A stretch of DNA of 64,000 nucleotides from Oceanispirochaeta sp. Lineage in GTDB: Bacteria; Spirochaetota; Spirochaetia; DSM-2461. Each line of letters opens with the position of its first letter. Position 1 is the stretch's first letter. The notes below the pieces were generated by a model that searched no databases, was not told where the DNA came from, and saw nothing but the letters and a program-made list of their open reading frames with translations. The stretch is taken from the NCBI GenBank assembly GCA_963666275.2, contig CAXXOA010000001.1:2080001-2144000 (forward strand). The letters run 5' to 3'. This document shows, piece after piece, positions 31,901 to 41,432 of the stretch. Both the position numbers and the translations under genes were made by a program.

Positions 31901-32997
31901 ATGACATAGCGCTCATCATCGACTGTAAAGGGAATATCAATTTCGTCCTGAACCCCGTTGAGGTCTGGAGAGATATAGACTTTTTCATCCTGTTCCAGAG
32001 ATATTTCCGGCGGATTGGTATCCCGGACACCGAAAGGTATGGTGGCACCGAGGCCGACGGCATGAATATTATCGTACAGAGGAGCATAGGCTCCCTGGAT
32101 TTCTATTTCACTGGTCTGTTTTTCTGTCTTCTCACTATCCTTTCCTTTGAAAGTATAGTTGTAATAGAGCCCTGCCGAAGGCAGGAGGGTCTGGTAGTTG
32201 CCGTCAATCAGTTCGCTCATGATCATGGAGGACGAGAGGGCTATCCGGATCTTATCCTGTATCACAACCTGCTGGCCTATTTCAAATCTGAAATCTGTGA
32301 AGGTGGGAAATCCCGCGTCTGCCGACATGGTCCACTGAAAGTCGTCTTTTCTGATCAGATCAAAGGCGGCGCCTCCGTTGAGGGTTATATTTTCGGGTAT
32401 GGCCCGGTCATATCCGGCGGATGATCCGTAATTGTAGCCCAGCCCCGAAAGAGAACCGCCCCACTGGAAATTTTTGAACTTCCAGAAAGTCCCTGCATGA
32501 TGAATTATTCCGAGATTCAGAGAAGAACCCCAGTCAAGATCAGTCCCCAGCGCTCCGGTGACACCGAATCCAGCATAGAGATTCTTGTAAATTTCTTTGG
32601 AAAAAGCGATATCCGACTGAAAAAATTCACCGAAATCCATTTCAGTACTTTCCAGCCCCGAAGTTGAGGCAAACCGGAGAGCTCCGGAAAAAACACCGTA
32701 TTTGGACGGGTAGGAAATGGCTGTATTCACAGCATGTCCCATACCCTGCATACTGCCGTTCCATTTCTGTAGATTGATGTATCCCGCATCGAGGATCATC
32801 CTCTGGAAATTACCGGCTGAAGCGGGATTCAGTGATATCGCTTCGGGGGTATCCATCCTGGTAACAGATGTTCCTCCCCCCAGAAAGAGCGGGGAATAGA
32901 GGGATTTTAACAATTCCCCTGAAGACTCTGCAAACAGCATGGTAGAGCTGAGGAGGACCAGTAAAACAAGACTGATCCTACGGATAAGATGACTCAT
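28972..32997 (-). CDS. Large envelope protein: putative N-terminal beta-barrel, 8 FlgD/CHU_C-like Ig repeats, C-terminal OmpA domain
   Basis: Signal peptide and NPA motif; repeats (F/Y)SP.D.D..D...WDG...DG.Y...D.AGN; LSLSRA..V and NRRVEF. Start at ATG 32997 behind an AGGAGG SD. Confidence 0.85.
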   Translation of the reverse strand: MSHLIRRISLVLLVLLSSTMLFAESSGELLKSLYSPLFLGGGTSVTRMDTPEAISLNPASAGNFQRMILDAGYINLQKWNGSMQGMGHAVNTAISYPSKYGVFSGALRFASTSGLESTEMDFGEFFQSDIAFSKEIYKNLYAGFGVTGALGTDLDWGSSLNLGIIHHAGTFWKFKNFQWGGSLSGLGYNYGSSAGYDRAIPENITLNGGAAFDLIRKDDFQWTMSADAGFPTFTDFRFEIGQQVVIQDKIRIALSSSMIMSELIDGNYQTLLPSAGLYYNYTFKGKDSEKTEKQTSEIEIQGAYAPLYDNIHAVGLGATIPFGVRDTNPPEISLEQDEKVYISPDLNGVQDEIDIPFTVDDERYVMGYYMAVRNEDGEVVKEFRNKDERPENESFKNIFDRMFAEKKGTTIPESFRWDGVMDSGEVAPDGEYSYTLQFWDDNDNISETDTFEFAIDTVQPEISLEKSGGIDLIFSPDGDGNKDSLTIEQSGSSELFWEGQVLDLGGNPVRTYTWEQGAPQTLAWDGKDDTGAIVPDGVYSYVVKSTDKAGNRNEETLVDILVNTEKPPVNLSIDNSYLSPGNPEGTDVIHFGTGIPVTSGILEWELQVRDSRGNIAWQYNSRQEGVLEVPEEISYAGENPMGGFITEGRYQGFMTVRYQNGYQPEVYSPWFNVDTTAPRGTIEGEHILTLNDEGNQYSLDLTLNTSEEDYWEGFIRNSSNETVKSFFWRGKADPVIVWNGNDNEGKPVPDGTYTMVLEAVDKAGNRGVSSPHRINLDTREMSVQISVSDEAFSPDRNGVKDTVSFYQVIDDPENITEWSLTVSPVDAEGSTGDPVKSWSGESAPPAVLQWDGLMDSGTPASDGLYIAEIEALYAKGNRPGAKTGQFLKDTVAPEITVSLPYGLFSPDGDGNRDIVRIVQTSSREEEFEASLMDSRGQVVNSWFWKDQVENVVWDGTDENGNILPDGLYSYAVTSTDRAGNSKELTLSGIQIDTKSTPVYLTAKNTLFSPVSETIPEQVFTAHVTNTEGIDSWRLAILDETGAAVREETGTGSVPASLVWDGRSSTGAMVEGVYKGQLTVNYTKGNRPVADSREFTVDNSAPLVEIGLEPQPFSPDDDNIDDELRISMAVKDLSPIRDWQMVIRDPKGKEFISFGGNGRPSERIIWDGRSRQGELVQSAEDYPYELRITDLLGNSTTRTGLIPVDILVIRDGNNLKVQISNITFQPYQAALVTAGEQGQKNRDVLQRLSEVLKKYGSYKIVVEGHAVSEYYDNPSRAAREEKEELQPLSLSRAAAVRDALSDLGIQSSRMDVVGRGGTMPIVPHSDLENRWKNRRVEFILIK

Positions 32998-33108
32998 GAA
33001 AACCTCCTGGCCTTGTATATTCCGCATAGACTCACTATGGTAAACATAATAATCCTATCACCACAATATACCGAAAGTAATAAAAAAAATACATTTCAGG
33101 AGAGATTA

Positions 33109-33873
33109 ATGGATAAAAATAAGCCCGAACCATGGTTTTCAGATGAGTGGTTCTGGGAAACCTACGGCCCCCTGATGTTTGATCCCCAGAGGATGGCGGA
33201 AACCCCCTCAGAAGTGGATGCCATAATAAAAATGACAGGCCTGGACGGAAAGGCCCGTCTGATGGACTGCTGCTGCGGCATGGGCCGCCATACCATAGAG
33301 CTGGCGTCCAGAGGTCATGAGATGACAGGCATCGATCTCAGCAGAGGTTACCTGAACAAAGCCGTCGCCCTCGCCCGGGACAATGATCTCTCAGTAGACT
33401 GGCAGCATATGAATGTCATGGATCTGGACAGAAACTCCGAGTTTGACGGTATTATCAATATGTTTACGTCTTTCGGCTACTTTGACGATCCTGATGATGA
33501 TCTTGCTATGCTGAAAAAACTCCATAGGGCTCTGAAACCCGATGGGTTCCTTTTTATGGAGATGTGGGGTAAGGAAGTTCTGGCCAGAGATTTCGAAGAG
33601 AGGGTCTGGTTCGAACGGGAAGGCGTAACCATCCTGCTGGAGTACGGAATTGACCTGAACTGGACGGAACTCCGGAACCGCTGGCTCTTCTACAGGAATG
33701 GAAAGATGACGGAATATACCTTCAGTCACCGCATTTTTTCAGCCGCTGAAATGGCCCGGCTTCTGGGTGAAGCCGGTTTTGCCATGGTTGATATCTACGG
33801 AGGGTTCGATGGCAGGATTTACGATCATCAGGCAGAGCGTTTAATCCTGGTCGCCCGCAAGGGTATATCCTGA
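33109..33873 (+). CDS. Class I SAM-dependent methyltransferase
   Basis: MDCCCGMGRH, GIDLS, FTSFGYF, LKPDG; start at ATG 33109 behind AGGAG. Confidence 0.9.
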   Translation: MDKNKPEPWFSDEWFWETYGPLMFDPQRMAETPSEVDAIIKMTGLDGKARLMDCCCGMGRHTIELASRGHEMTGIDLSRGYLNKAVALARDNDLSVDWQHMNVMDLDRNSEFDGIINMFTSFGYFDDPDDDLAMLKKLHRALKPDGFLFMEMWGKEVLARDFEERVWFEREGVTILLEYGIDLNWTELRNRWLFYRNGKMTEYTFSHRIFSAAEMARLLGEAGFAMVDIYGGFDGRIYDHQAERLILVARKGIS

Positions 33874-34890
33874 ACCGCTGTTTAACTGAAAGGAATCTTT
33901 CAGATTATCGGTGATATAGACCCGGTTGTTTTCATCTATCATGATAACCCCCGTGTCTTCCAGGGTATTTGCCAGAGTCATACCCTCTTCCACTCCCAGT
34001 GCAAAGAGGGCTGTTGAAAGCCCGTCTGCCTGGACACTCCTGGCATGGATGATGGAAGTACTGATAACCCCGTTCTGCACGGGATAACCGGTTTCAGTAT
34101 CCAGAATATGATGGTAATGCACCCCGTCTTCTACAAAAAAACGCTCATACACACCGGATGTAACAATCGCTTTCTCGCTGACTTCAATAATCCCCAGGTA
34201 TTCGCCCCGGGGTTCTCTGGGATCCTGAATCCCGATACGCCAGGGATCTCCGGAGGCCTTTTTACCCATGACAAGTACATTGCCGCCCAGGTTTATGATG
34301 GCCGATCTGATACCGCTGCTCCTGAGGGAATCTCTCACAATATCGGCAGCATATCCTTTAGCAATGCCTCCCAGATCCAGGGAGGCCCCGGGATTCAGAA
34401 GGGAGACCCTGCCGGTATCACTGATTTCTATCTTTTTATAGTCAATGGTTGAAAGGGCTTCTTCCAGGTCTTTCTCTTCCGGAACAGCCGCGTGATCTGT
34501 CCCGATTCCCCACAGGGCGACAAGGCGTCCGATGGAGGGATCAAAGCGGCCGTCTGAAAAGCCGGCAATATCCAGAGCCTGGTTCAGAACGTCCAGAACC
34601 ATGGGATCCGGAGTAAAACCGCTGAGTCCGCTTCTGTTTATGCTTGAAATATCGCTCGTATCAATATTGACGCTCAGGAGATTCTCCATAGACTGGATTT
34701 TCTCAAATGCCAGCGTTATAGCGTCCTGGGGATCCGCCTCTTTCTCCCAGTCCAGAATAGTAATGACACAGGTGGTCCCCAGCAGAAATTCTGAAGAGGT
34801 TACCGGTTCCTTCTCGCCGGTACCGGCACAGGAGGCAACAGCCAATACAGTTAATGCAATTAGAATGCTTTTTTGAATACCTTTGAACAT
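33841..34890 (-). CDS. apbE: FAD:protein FMN transferase ApbE (lipoprotein)
   Basis: Lipobox VASC, LDLGGIAKGY, TSGVYER, HHILD..TG, ADGLST. Confidence 0.94.
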   Translation of the reverse strand: MFKGIQKSILIALTVLAVASCAGTGEKEPVTSSEFLLGTTCVITILDWEKEADPQDAITLAFEKIQSMENLLSVNIDTSDISSINRSGLSGFTPDPMVLDVLNQALDIAGFSDGRFDPSIGRLVALWGIGTDHAAVPEEKDLEEALSTIDYKKIEISDTGRVSLLNPGASLDLGGIAKGYAADIVRDSLRSSGIRSAIINLGGNVLVMGKKASGDPWRIGIQDPREPRGEYLGIIEVSEKAIVTSGVYERFFVEDGVHYHHILDTETGYPVQNGVISTSIIHARSVQADGLSTALFALGVEEGMTLANTLEDTGVIMIDENNRVYITDNLKDSFQLNSGSGYTLAGDQD

Positions 34891-35019
34891 GATATGCGAT
34901 TATGAAGAGGAGAGTAAAAAAAGTAAAGTTCCGCAGATGGCAAATAAAAAAATACTGGTAGCCTCATATGTAATCATGATAAGCTGTTTCATCATTAGAA
35001 TAAACGTTGAGATCAATAA

Positions 35020-37080
35020 ATGAAAATTAAAAACAAACTCATTATAGTAAACCTTCTGGTATTTCTGCTCTTTCTGGGAACCTTTTTCCTCTTCTATTTT
35101 TCCGCCCAGAGACTCTTCAGCCTGAAAGAGCTGGAAAGATCAACGATTCTGCTCAGAAATAAAATGCTCAGTCTGGAATACGCCAATAATGCTGTATTGA
35201 AATCTCCGGATATTCCCATGTACAAAATGGAAAGAGCCTACATGGAGCTCAATGAGTCACTGGACAGCCTGGTGGAAAATGAGAACCTGAAATACCTGGA
35301 CGAATCGACGGCAAGAACAATCAATCTTTATTACAATTTTATTTCAGCCAGAGATTTTGACCTCTACTATGCGGAAATCGTCAGTGAGATTTCCAGTCTC
35401 AGAGTAAAGATTTACGGATCATCCATTGAAAAGGTTTATCTGAATTGGAAAACAGGCCTGATGACAGACCGGGAGCTTTACGACAGAATCAATCTGATAA
35501 GGATGAAAATCCTTGAGTTTTCAGACTGGTATCACCCCTTTTCCGTTCAGTTTAAAAATATTACCGATGAAGTGCTTGTGACTGTGCAGGGCCAGATAGC
35601 CTGGGTTCTCTCTCTTACAGGAACCGCACTGGCCGTATCCCTTCTGATCTCCCTTGCGGTCATTATTTTCATTTACCGGAATATGATCAACAGGATTCAG
35701 AGTGTCAGATCCGGAATTGCCGAGATATCCGGAGGGAACCTGACCACCCGTATCAAGGTGGACTGGGATGACGAACTGGCGACTATGAGCGAAAACTTCA
35801 ATATCCTGACGGAAACAATTTGGACAAGGCTCAATACCATTGGAAGTATTATTCATAATATCGGGCAGTCACTGACCCAGGATCCTGAAACATCCAGACT
35901 GGAAGAGACAATCCTCCGCCTGGCCATTGAGAATACCCAGGCCGAAAACGGGGCTTTCTATAAAACAGATACGGAACGGAAAGTGATATATCCCGTTCAT
36001 AAAACTCCCGACTATGCCCCCCCCTACGATCCTGACAAATTCGGTGAGGAAATTCCTTTTGGAAAAACTGTCCTGGGCATCGCCGCCGTATCGGAGGAAG
36101 CTGTTTTTATTAAAGAAGAGAGAGGACAGAATCTGATCCCCCTGAAACTCAGTATAGAAAAAAATTATATTTCCTCCTGTATAGTCCTCCCCCTGATTTC
36201 CGAAAGAGAGCTCATCGGGATCATCTGTCTGGAGAAAAACACAAAACGGCAGCTCTTCAGAGATATGGATTTTTCCAATATCCTCTCTTTTATTGAATTC
36301 AGTGCGGTGACCCTGAAAAACCTGGAAAAGTACTCGGAGCTCCTCCAGTCTACGGGGCTGAACAGGGAAATGCAGATTGCCTCGGACATCCAGAAGAGCC
36401 TTCTTCCCCCGCGAATACCGAAAGTGCCGCATTTCGATATTGCCGTTAATACCTACAGCGTCCGGGGGATAAGCGGGGATATATACGATTTTTTCCCTGT
36501 GGATCACGGCAGATGGCTCTTCTGTATGGCCGAAGTGAGGGAAAAAGGGATTGTCTCCTCAATGATTCTTGTTATCCTCCGAACCCTGATCAGGATTCTG
36601 GTCAGTCCCGGCCAGGATCCCTCGGAACTTATGGATAAACTCTTAAAAAGTTTCAGAGAGACAACAGGCCTTTCGACGAAGATCCACATCAGCCTTTGCC
36701 TAATGGAGCCGGAGGAGAAATCTTTCATCTACTGTGGTACGGAAGAGCAGAAACTCCTTGTTTTCAACAGGGAAAGCGGAAGGATAAACCTGCTGGAATC
36801 CTCCCGGAATGCCGAAGGCCTGTATACGTCGCTCAAGGGGATCATGAAGGATTCTGATAAACTTGTGATTATGACAGATGGTTTCTACAATTCTGTGAAC
36901 AGCGAAGGAAAAGCCTACGGCTGGAATCCTGTCATGAAGATTGTGGAAAAATACTCTGACCGCAGCAGCAGCTGGCTTCAGGATGCCATCCTCAAAGATG
37001 TCAGATTCTTTGAAAAAGGTACGGAACAGTCCGATGACCGATCCATGTTTATTGCCTCATTCAAGGAGAATTCCAAATGA
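35020..37080 (+). CDS. Membrane HAMP-GAF-SpoIIE (PP2C) protein with degenerate active site
   Basis: Two TM helices, HAMP, GAF; SGDIYD, MTDG and DDRS kept, but AEVREKG replaces the DVxGK/HG motif. Confidence 0.85.
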   Translation: MKIKNKLIIVNLLVFLLFLGTFFLFYFSAQRLFSLKELERSTILLRNKMLSLEYANNAVLKSPDIPMYKMERAYMELNESLDSLVENENLKYLDESTARTINLYYNFISARDFDLYYAEIVSEISSLRVKIYGSSIEKVYLNWKTGLMTDRELYDRINLIRMKILEFSDWYHPFSVQFKNITDEVLVTVQGQIAWVLSLTGTALAVSLLISLAVIIFIYRNMINRIQSVRSGIAEISGGNLTTRIKVDWDDELATMSENFNILTETIWTRLNTIGSIIHNIGQSLTQDPETSRLEETILRLAIENTQAENGAFYKTDTERKVIYPVHKTPDYAPPYDPDKFGEEIPFGKTVLGIAAVSEEAVFIKEERGQNLIPLKLSIEKNYISSCIVLPLISERELIGIICLEKNTKRQLFRDMDFSNILSFIEFSAVTLKNLEKYSELLQSTGLNREMQIASDIQKSLLPPRIPKVPHFDIAVNTYSVRGISGDIYDFFPVDHGRWLFCMAEVREKGIVSSMILVILRTLIRILVSPGQDPSELMDKLLKSFRETTGLSTKIHISLCLMEPEEKSFIYCGTEEQKLLVFNRESGRINLLESSRNAEGLYTSLKGIMKDSDKLVIMTDGFYNSVNSEGKAYGWNPVMKIVEKYSDRSSSWLQDAILKDVRFFEKGTEQSDDRSMFIASFKENSK

Positions 37081-39203
37081 AAGTTCAAAAGAAACTCACC
37101 CTTACAAGTATAATCCTCATTTCAGGACTGCTCTTCTCCTCGGGACTGCTTTTTGTCAGGATTTTTAATGTCTATCGACTTCAGAATTATGTAGAAGGGA
37201 CCCTGGAAATGGACATTGCCATGAACCGCTATCTGGACCGGAATCTCTCTCTTTTTACAGAAGTGGGCAATCCTGTGGGAATTACCGAGTTATGGTTCCG
37301 TGATCTTATGGATTTTCATAACAAGTTAACCACCTCCATTGAATCCAGTGCCATCCGGCATACCAGCCGGGAATACAAACAGACTATAGATTCCGTTTCC
37401 CGTTCCTGGGATAAGCTGCTTCATGATCAGATCAATCCCATTCAGTCTGAAATGAACAGAGTGGGATACTCGGACATTCTAAAAAACGATAACCGCAGCA
37501 GCTTCTATCATACCCTTGTGGAACAGAGGGCTCTGGGAAATACCTCTTCTGTAGAACAGTTTGAAAAGATTGAAGCCTATCTGATGGATCTCTATGTCAG
37601 CCTGAATGTATTCTCCTTTTCCATAGACTCGCTTCTTGTCCGGGCAGACAATGAACTGGTCCGCTACAGGCAGCAGAGTGTCCTGATAACTTTCATAATG
37701 GTTACCACGATCCTGCTTGGGACCATGTTCTTCAGTATCCGGTTCTCCAACAACCTGATACAGAGGATCGTCGTAACCAACCGGCAGGTTCAGGACATTG
37801 CCGAAGGAAAACTGAAATTCGAGGATACAAGCAAAAGCAAGTACAAGGATGAGTTTGATGAGCTCCTTGAAAACTACCAGCTCTTCTCCCATATCCTGTC
37901 AGACCGGCTGGATTCGCTCAAATTCCTTCTGAAGGATATCGGCAACACTCTGGGGAATGAGACAGACATTAAAGAACTTCAGGAAACAATTGTGGAGCTG
38001 GGTATGGATGCGGTCGGCGCAGACAGCGGAATGCTCTTCCTGGCGGATGCCCAGCTTGAAAGCCTGGAACTGGTTCACAGAATCGGTTTCTGCCCTCCTC
38101 CCTTTCATCTTGACAGAAATATCTCTGCCAACCGTTCCAATGTGGAAAACTACTATGAAACTCACCCCGTCACCAAGGACTCTCCCGTATTCGGGACCCT
38201 TCTCACAGGCGGAGAGGGTATTTTTGTAAAAAACAATGAGCATGACAGGATATTCCCCTATAACAGCGACCATTACGAATGGCTGTTCATCTCGTCCATG
38301 ATGGCGCTGCCTCTCATTGTTTCCAGCCGTCTGCTGGGAATGCTTGTGTTCTACAAAAAAACAAGACAGGATGTCTTTTCCGATCTGGACTACACCTTTT
38401 TCCGGGCCTATACAGACTATACGGCCCAGTCTGTGGATAATGTCCACAAATACCGGTCTCTACTGGAAAACAGGGAAATTCAGAGAGAAATTGATATCGC
38501 CGCGGGGATTCAGAAAAGGCTCCTGCCCGAAGAGCTCCCCTCTTTTGACAATGGATCCGCCAGGATCTACTCCCTTCCCGCCAGAGGTATCAGCGGTGAC
38601 TATTTTGATGCCATCCGGCTGGATGACAAAAGGATTCTCTATACGATCTGCGATGTAGCCGGAAAAGGAGTTCCCGCTTCCATGCTGATGATTATGATCA
38701 GAACAATCCTTCATACCATCAGCCACAGACACAAAGCGGCCCACACTCTGCTCAGAGAGCTGAACTACCACATAGCCGGAAGGATCGGTGTCGACCAGTA
38801 TGCCACCATGGCCGTGTTTATCCTTGATACGGAAAACAGGGAGATATCCTACTCCAATGCGGCCCACCATCCTCTGTACATCTTCAGGAATAAAGAGAAA
38901 AAATTCCGGAGTTTTGATACGGAAGGTCTTCCGATCGGAGTGGATAAACAGGGTCAGTTCGGACATAAAAGGATAAAGCTGCACACGGGAGATTATATTT
39001 TTCTATTTACAGACGGACTTCCCGAAGCGAGAAACTCAGCGGGAGAGGAGCTGACCAATGAGAAACTGCTCAAGCTCCTGTCACAGATAACTGACAGGGA
39101 ACCGGAAGATCTGACAAGTGCCGTCCGGAGCTTTCTGAACCGCTATTCAGGAAACTCCAAGCAGCATGATGATCAAACCTTCCTGGCTCTTAAGATTTCA
39201 TAG
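37077..39203 (+). CDS. Membrane HAMP-GAF-SpoIIE (RsbU-like) phosphatase
   Basis: SGDYFD, CDVAGKG, NAAH, FTDGL and DDQT all intact. Confidence 0.9.
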   Translation: MKVQKKLTLTSIILISGLLFSSGLLFVRIFNVYRLQNYVEGTLEMDIAMNRYLDRNLSLFTEVGNPVGITELWFRDLMDFHNKLTTSIESSAIRHTSREYKQTIDSVSRSWDKLLHDQINPIQSEMNRVGYSDILKNDNRSSFYHTLVEQRALGNTSSVEQFEKIEAYLMDLYVSLNVFSFSIDSLLVRADNELVRYRQQSVLITFIMVTTILLGTMFFSIRFSNNLIQRIVVTNRQVQDIAEGKLKFEDTSKSKYKDEFDELLENYQLFSHILSDRLDSLKFLLKDIGNTLGNETDIKELQETIVELGMDAVGADSGMLFLADAQLESLELVHRIGFCPPPFHLDRNISANRSNVENYYETHPVTKDSPVFGTLLTGGEGIFVKNNEHDRIFPYNSDHYEWLFISSMMALPLIVSSRLLGMLVFYKKTRQDVFSDLDYTFFRAYTDYTAQSVDNVHKYRSLLENREIQREIDIAAGIQKRLLPEELPSFDNGSARIYSLPARGISGDYFDAIRLDDKRILYTICDVAGKGVPASMLMIMIRTILHTISHRHKAAHTLLRELNYHIAGRIGVDQYATMAVFILDTENREISYSNAAHHPLYIFRNKEKKFRSFDTEGLPIGVDKQGQFGHKRIKLHTGDYIFLFTDGLPEARNSAGEELTNEKLLKLLSQITDREPEDLTSAVRSFLNRYSGNSKQHDDQTFLALKIS

Positions 39204-39755
39204 TTTTCTGTAGCTGTAGGTATAAAGGAGGATAAGAATTCCTCCTGCCAGAGTGAAAAATCCGATAATTCTGAAGAGAAGCAGGGCGGAGAAGACGGGA
39301 GCAAAACAGAGAAGGATTCCCAGGAGCAGCATAATAACCGTTCTGACACTGCCTTCTCCGGGAGAGAAAGATCTTCTTACAAGAAGGTCCTGCAGATTGG
39401 ATATAATCAGAACGATCCCTCCCGCTACCAGGGGGATTCCCATACCTATTTTGGCAAAACTGAAGGGATACCATAAAATGAGCACACCCCCAATGATAAA
39501 CACGGCTCCTCTGAGAAGGAGGCGCCACCACCCTTTGTCCGAACCGGAAGCCTGGAATGCCAGAACAGTCTGACCTATCCCCTGAATGAGCAGATAGAGG
39601 CCGAAGGTTACGGAGATAAAAATAAGCCCCAGTTTGGGGAACAGAATGAGAGCCAGCCCCGCCAGACAGAGGATGCCCCCCTGCATAAAGGGATATATTT
39701 TCACTTTTTCGTAATAATCATTTTCGCTGTCGATATCTTCTATTGTTCCTTTCAT
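39198..39755 (-). CDS. HdeD/DUF308-like membrane protein
   Basis: Six hydrophobic helices in G...I..G.....P repeats; start uncertain (39755 or 39776). Confidence 0.75.
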   Translation of the reverse strand: MKGTIEDIDSENDYYEKVKIYPFMQGGILCLAGLALILFPKLGLIFISVTFGLYLLIQGIGQTVLAFQASGSDKGWWRLLLRGAVFIIGGVLILWYPFSFAKIGMGIPLVAGGIVLIISNLQDLLVRRSFSPGEGSVRTVIMLLLGILLCFAPVFSALLLFRIIGFFTLAGGILILLYTYSYRKL

Positions 39756-39776
39756 GAATAAACCCCGATGATGCAC

Positions 39777-39803
39777 CCCCTCCCGGAAAGATCCCGGGAG
39801 GGG
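39777..39803. terminator. GC-rich hairpin after the nqr-like operon
   Basis: CCCCTCCCGG-7nt-CCGGGAGGGG; no clean U-tract on the minus strand. Confidence 0.4.
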
Positions 39804-39822
39804 TAGATTATTTTTTATTAGA

Positions 39823-40275
39823 TTAATCTTCCAGAACTTTAACCAGCGTGTCCGGTTCCAATCTGAAAGGAGAGCCTTTGCCCTCCATAAAATGATGCTT
39901 CTGCATAAGATGAAGAGAGAGAGCTGAAACCATGATGGTTGTTCCGTTTTTCAGGTTTTTGATCACAGTTGTGATTTTACGCTGAATGCCGTCTTCAAAG
40001 GGACAGGCCAGATGACCTCTGGCTTCGGTGGTCTGGACAAGCCATTTCCCTTCGATGGTAATCGGTTCACCCAGGCCGTTTCTGCCTTCCTCCATCAGAT
40101 CTTTGAGAATCTGGACCGTCTCTTCCATATCCAGACCATGATAGCGCATGTGCTCTTCATCTTCCGTGATGATCTCCTGCAGAGGACGTTTATCATCTCC
40201 CAGAAAACCGTCAGCCGTGATTACCCCGGGAGCCATATTCTCCTGGGCTTTTTTCATGTTTGGTGACATTTTCAT
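39823..40275 (-). CDS. Hypothetical His/Cys-motif protein, last gene of the nqr-like operon
   Basis: GGGAGG SD, 15 bp after nqrF; RGHLACPF and HLMQKHHFMEGKGSPFR. Confidence 0.8.
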   Translation of the reverse strand: MKMSPNMKKAQENMAPGVITADGFLGDDKRPLQEIITEDEEHMRYHGLDMEETVQILKDLMEEGRNGLGEPITIEGKWLVQTTEARGHLACPFEDGIQRKITTVIKNLKNGTTIMVSALSLHLMQKHHFMEGKGSPFRLEPDTLVKVLED

Positions 40276-40290
40276 ATACTGTCCTCCCTA

Positions 40291-41403
40291 TCAGGCGAAT
40301 TTATCGTAATAGATTTTTTCAAGGGGAATACCATTGTCGGTCATCACATTGTTACAGGCATTGATCATACCGGGACTACCGCACAGATATCCTTCCATGT
40401 CCTTATCCACGCCGATTTTTTCTTTAATGTACCGGTCAAGCACATCTGTAATCAGACCGGTATCCCCTGTCCAGTTTTCCTCTTCCTGGGGTTCGGAAAG
40501 AGCGGGAACAAAATGGAAGTTGGGGAGTTTTTCCTCCAGTGCTTTCATCTCATCCATATAGAACATATCCTTGGTTGTTCTGGCTCCGAAAAAGTACCAG
40601 ACCTCCCTGTCGGTTATGTTATTGTCCACCAGGTCATTCAGAATCGATTTAAAGGGGGCCATACCGGATCCTCCGGCGACACAGATCATGGCCGCATTGG
40701 TATCGGATCGCTGGAAATCACCGAAAGGCCCGATCAGATCCATCTGATCTCCCTCTTTCAGATGCTCATGCACATAGGTAGTGGCAATACCGCCGGGAAC
40801 AAGCCTTATGAGAACTTCCACCTTATTTTTATCCAGAGGTCTGGAAGACATGGAATAGGCTCTCTGAGTCGTTCCCTTTACTTTCCCGTAGGGAGGAACC
40901 ACAACCTGAATGTACATACCCGATGTAAAGTTGATTTCTTCATCACCAAGATCAAAAAGGACCTCCTTTATATCGTAGGTGAGATCCCGGATACTTTCGA
41001 CTCTGGCTTTGAACTGTTTGACATTGAACAGGGCATCGGGGATCTGGATCTTAAGATCGGATTTCACTTTGACCTGACAGGAAAGGTGAATATTCTCTTT
41101 GATCTCCTCATCAGTCAGATAGGGAGTCTCCGTGGGGAGATGGGGTCCCACATCGCTGAGGATCTGGCACTTACAGGCACCGCAGCTTCCTCTTCCTCCG
41201 CAGGCGGAAGGAAGAAATATTCCTTCCGAAGCAAGAAGGCCCAGGAGCTTATCCCCTCCCTTGACATTCAATTCCTTCTTGCCGTTGTTTATATCAATTT
41301 TTACATCGCCGTAATTATTGACGATACTATCCACTATCGCGATCAGAGCTGCCAGAACAGCAGAAATACCGGCAACAGTAAGGGGAGCAATAATAAAACT
41401 CAT
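40291..41403 (-). CDS. nqrF: NqrF-like NADH oxidoreductase (TM, 2Fe-2S, FAD, NAD)
   Basis: CGGRGSCGAC...SCQ, RAYS, AGGSGMAP, YLCGSP, YYDKF. Confidence 0.88.
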   Translation of the reverse strand: MSFIIAPLTVAGISAVLAALIAIVDSIVNNYGDVKIDINNGKKELNVKGGDKLLGLLASEGIFLPSACGGRGSCGACKCQILSDVGPHLPTETPYLTDEEIKENIHLSCQVKVKSDLKIQIPDALFNVKQFKARVESIRDLTYDIKEVLFDLGDEEINFTSGMYIQVVVPPYGKVKGTTQRAYSMSSRPLDKNKVEVLIRLVPGGIATTYVHEHLKEGDQMDLIGPFGDFQRSDTNAAMICVAGGSGMAPFKSILNDLVDNNITDREVWYFFGARTTKDMFYMDEMKALEEKLPNFHFVPALSEPQEEENWTGDTGLITDVLDRYIKEKIGVDKDMEGYLCGSPGMINACNNVMTDNGIPLEKIYYDKFA

Positions 41404-41432
41404 CGAATCATACCTCCTTCAGTTTCCCGGTT

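Noticed and set aside
33841..33873. 33-bp convergent overlap of methyltransferase and apbE as a regulatory device
   Set aside because: Short tail-to-tail overlaps are common in compact genomes, and nothing else supports a function
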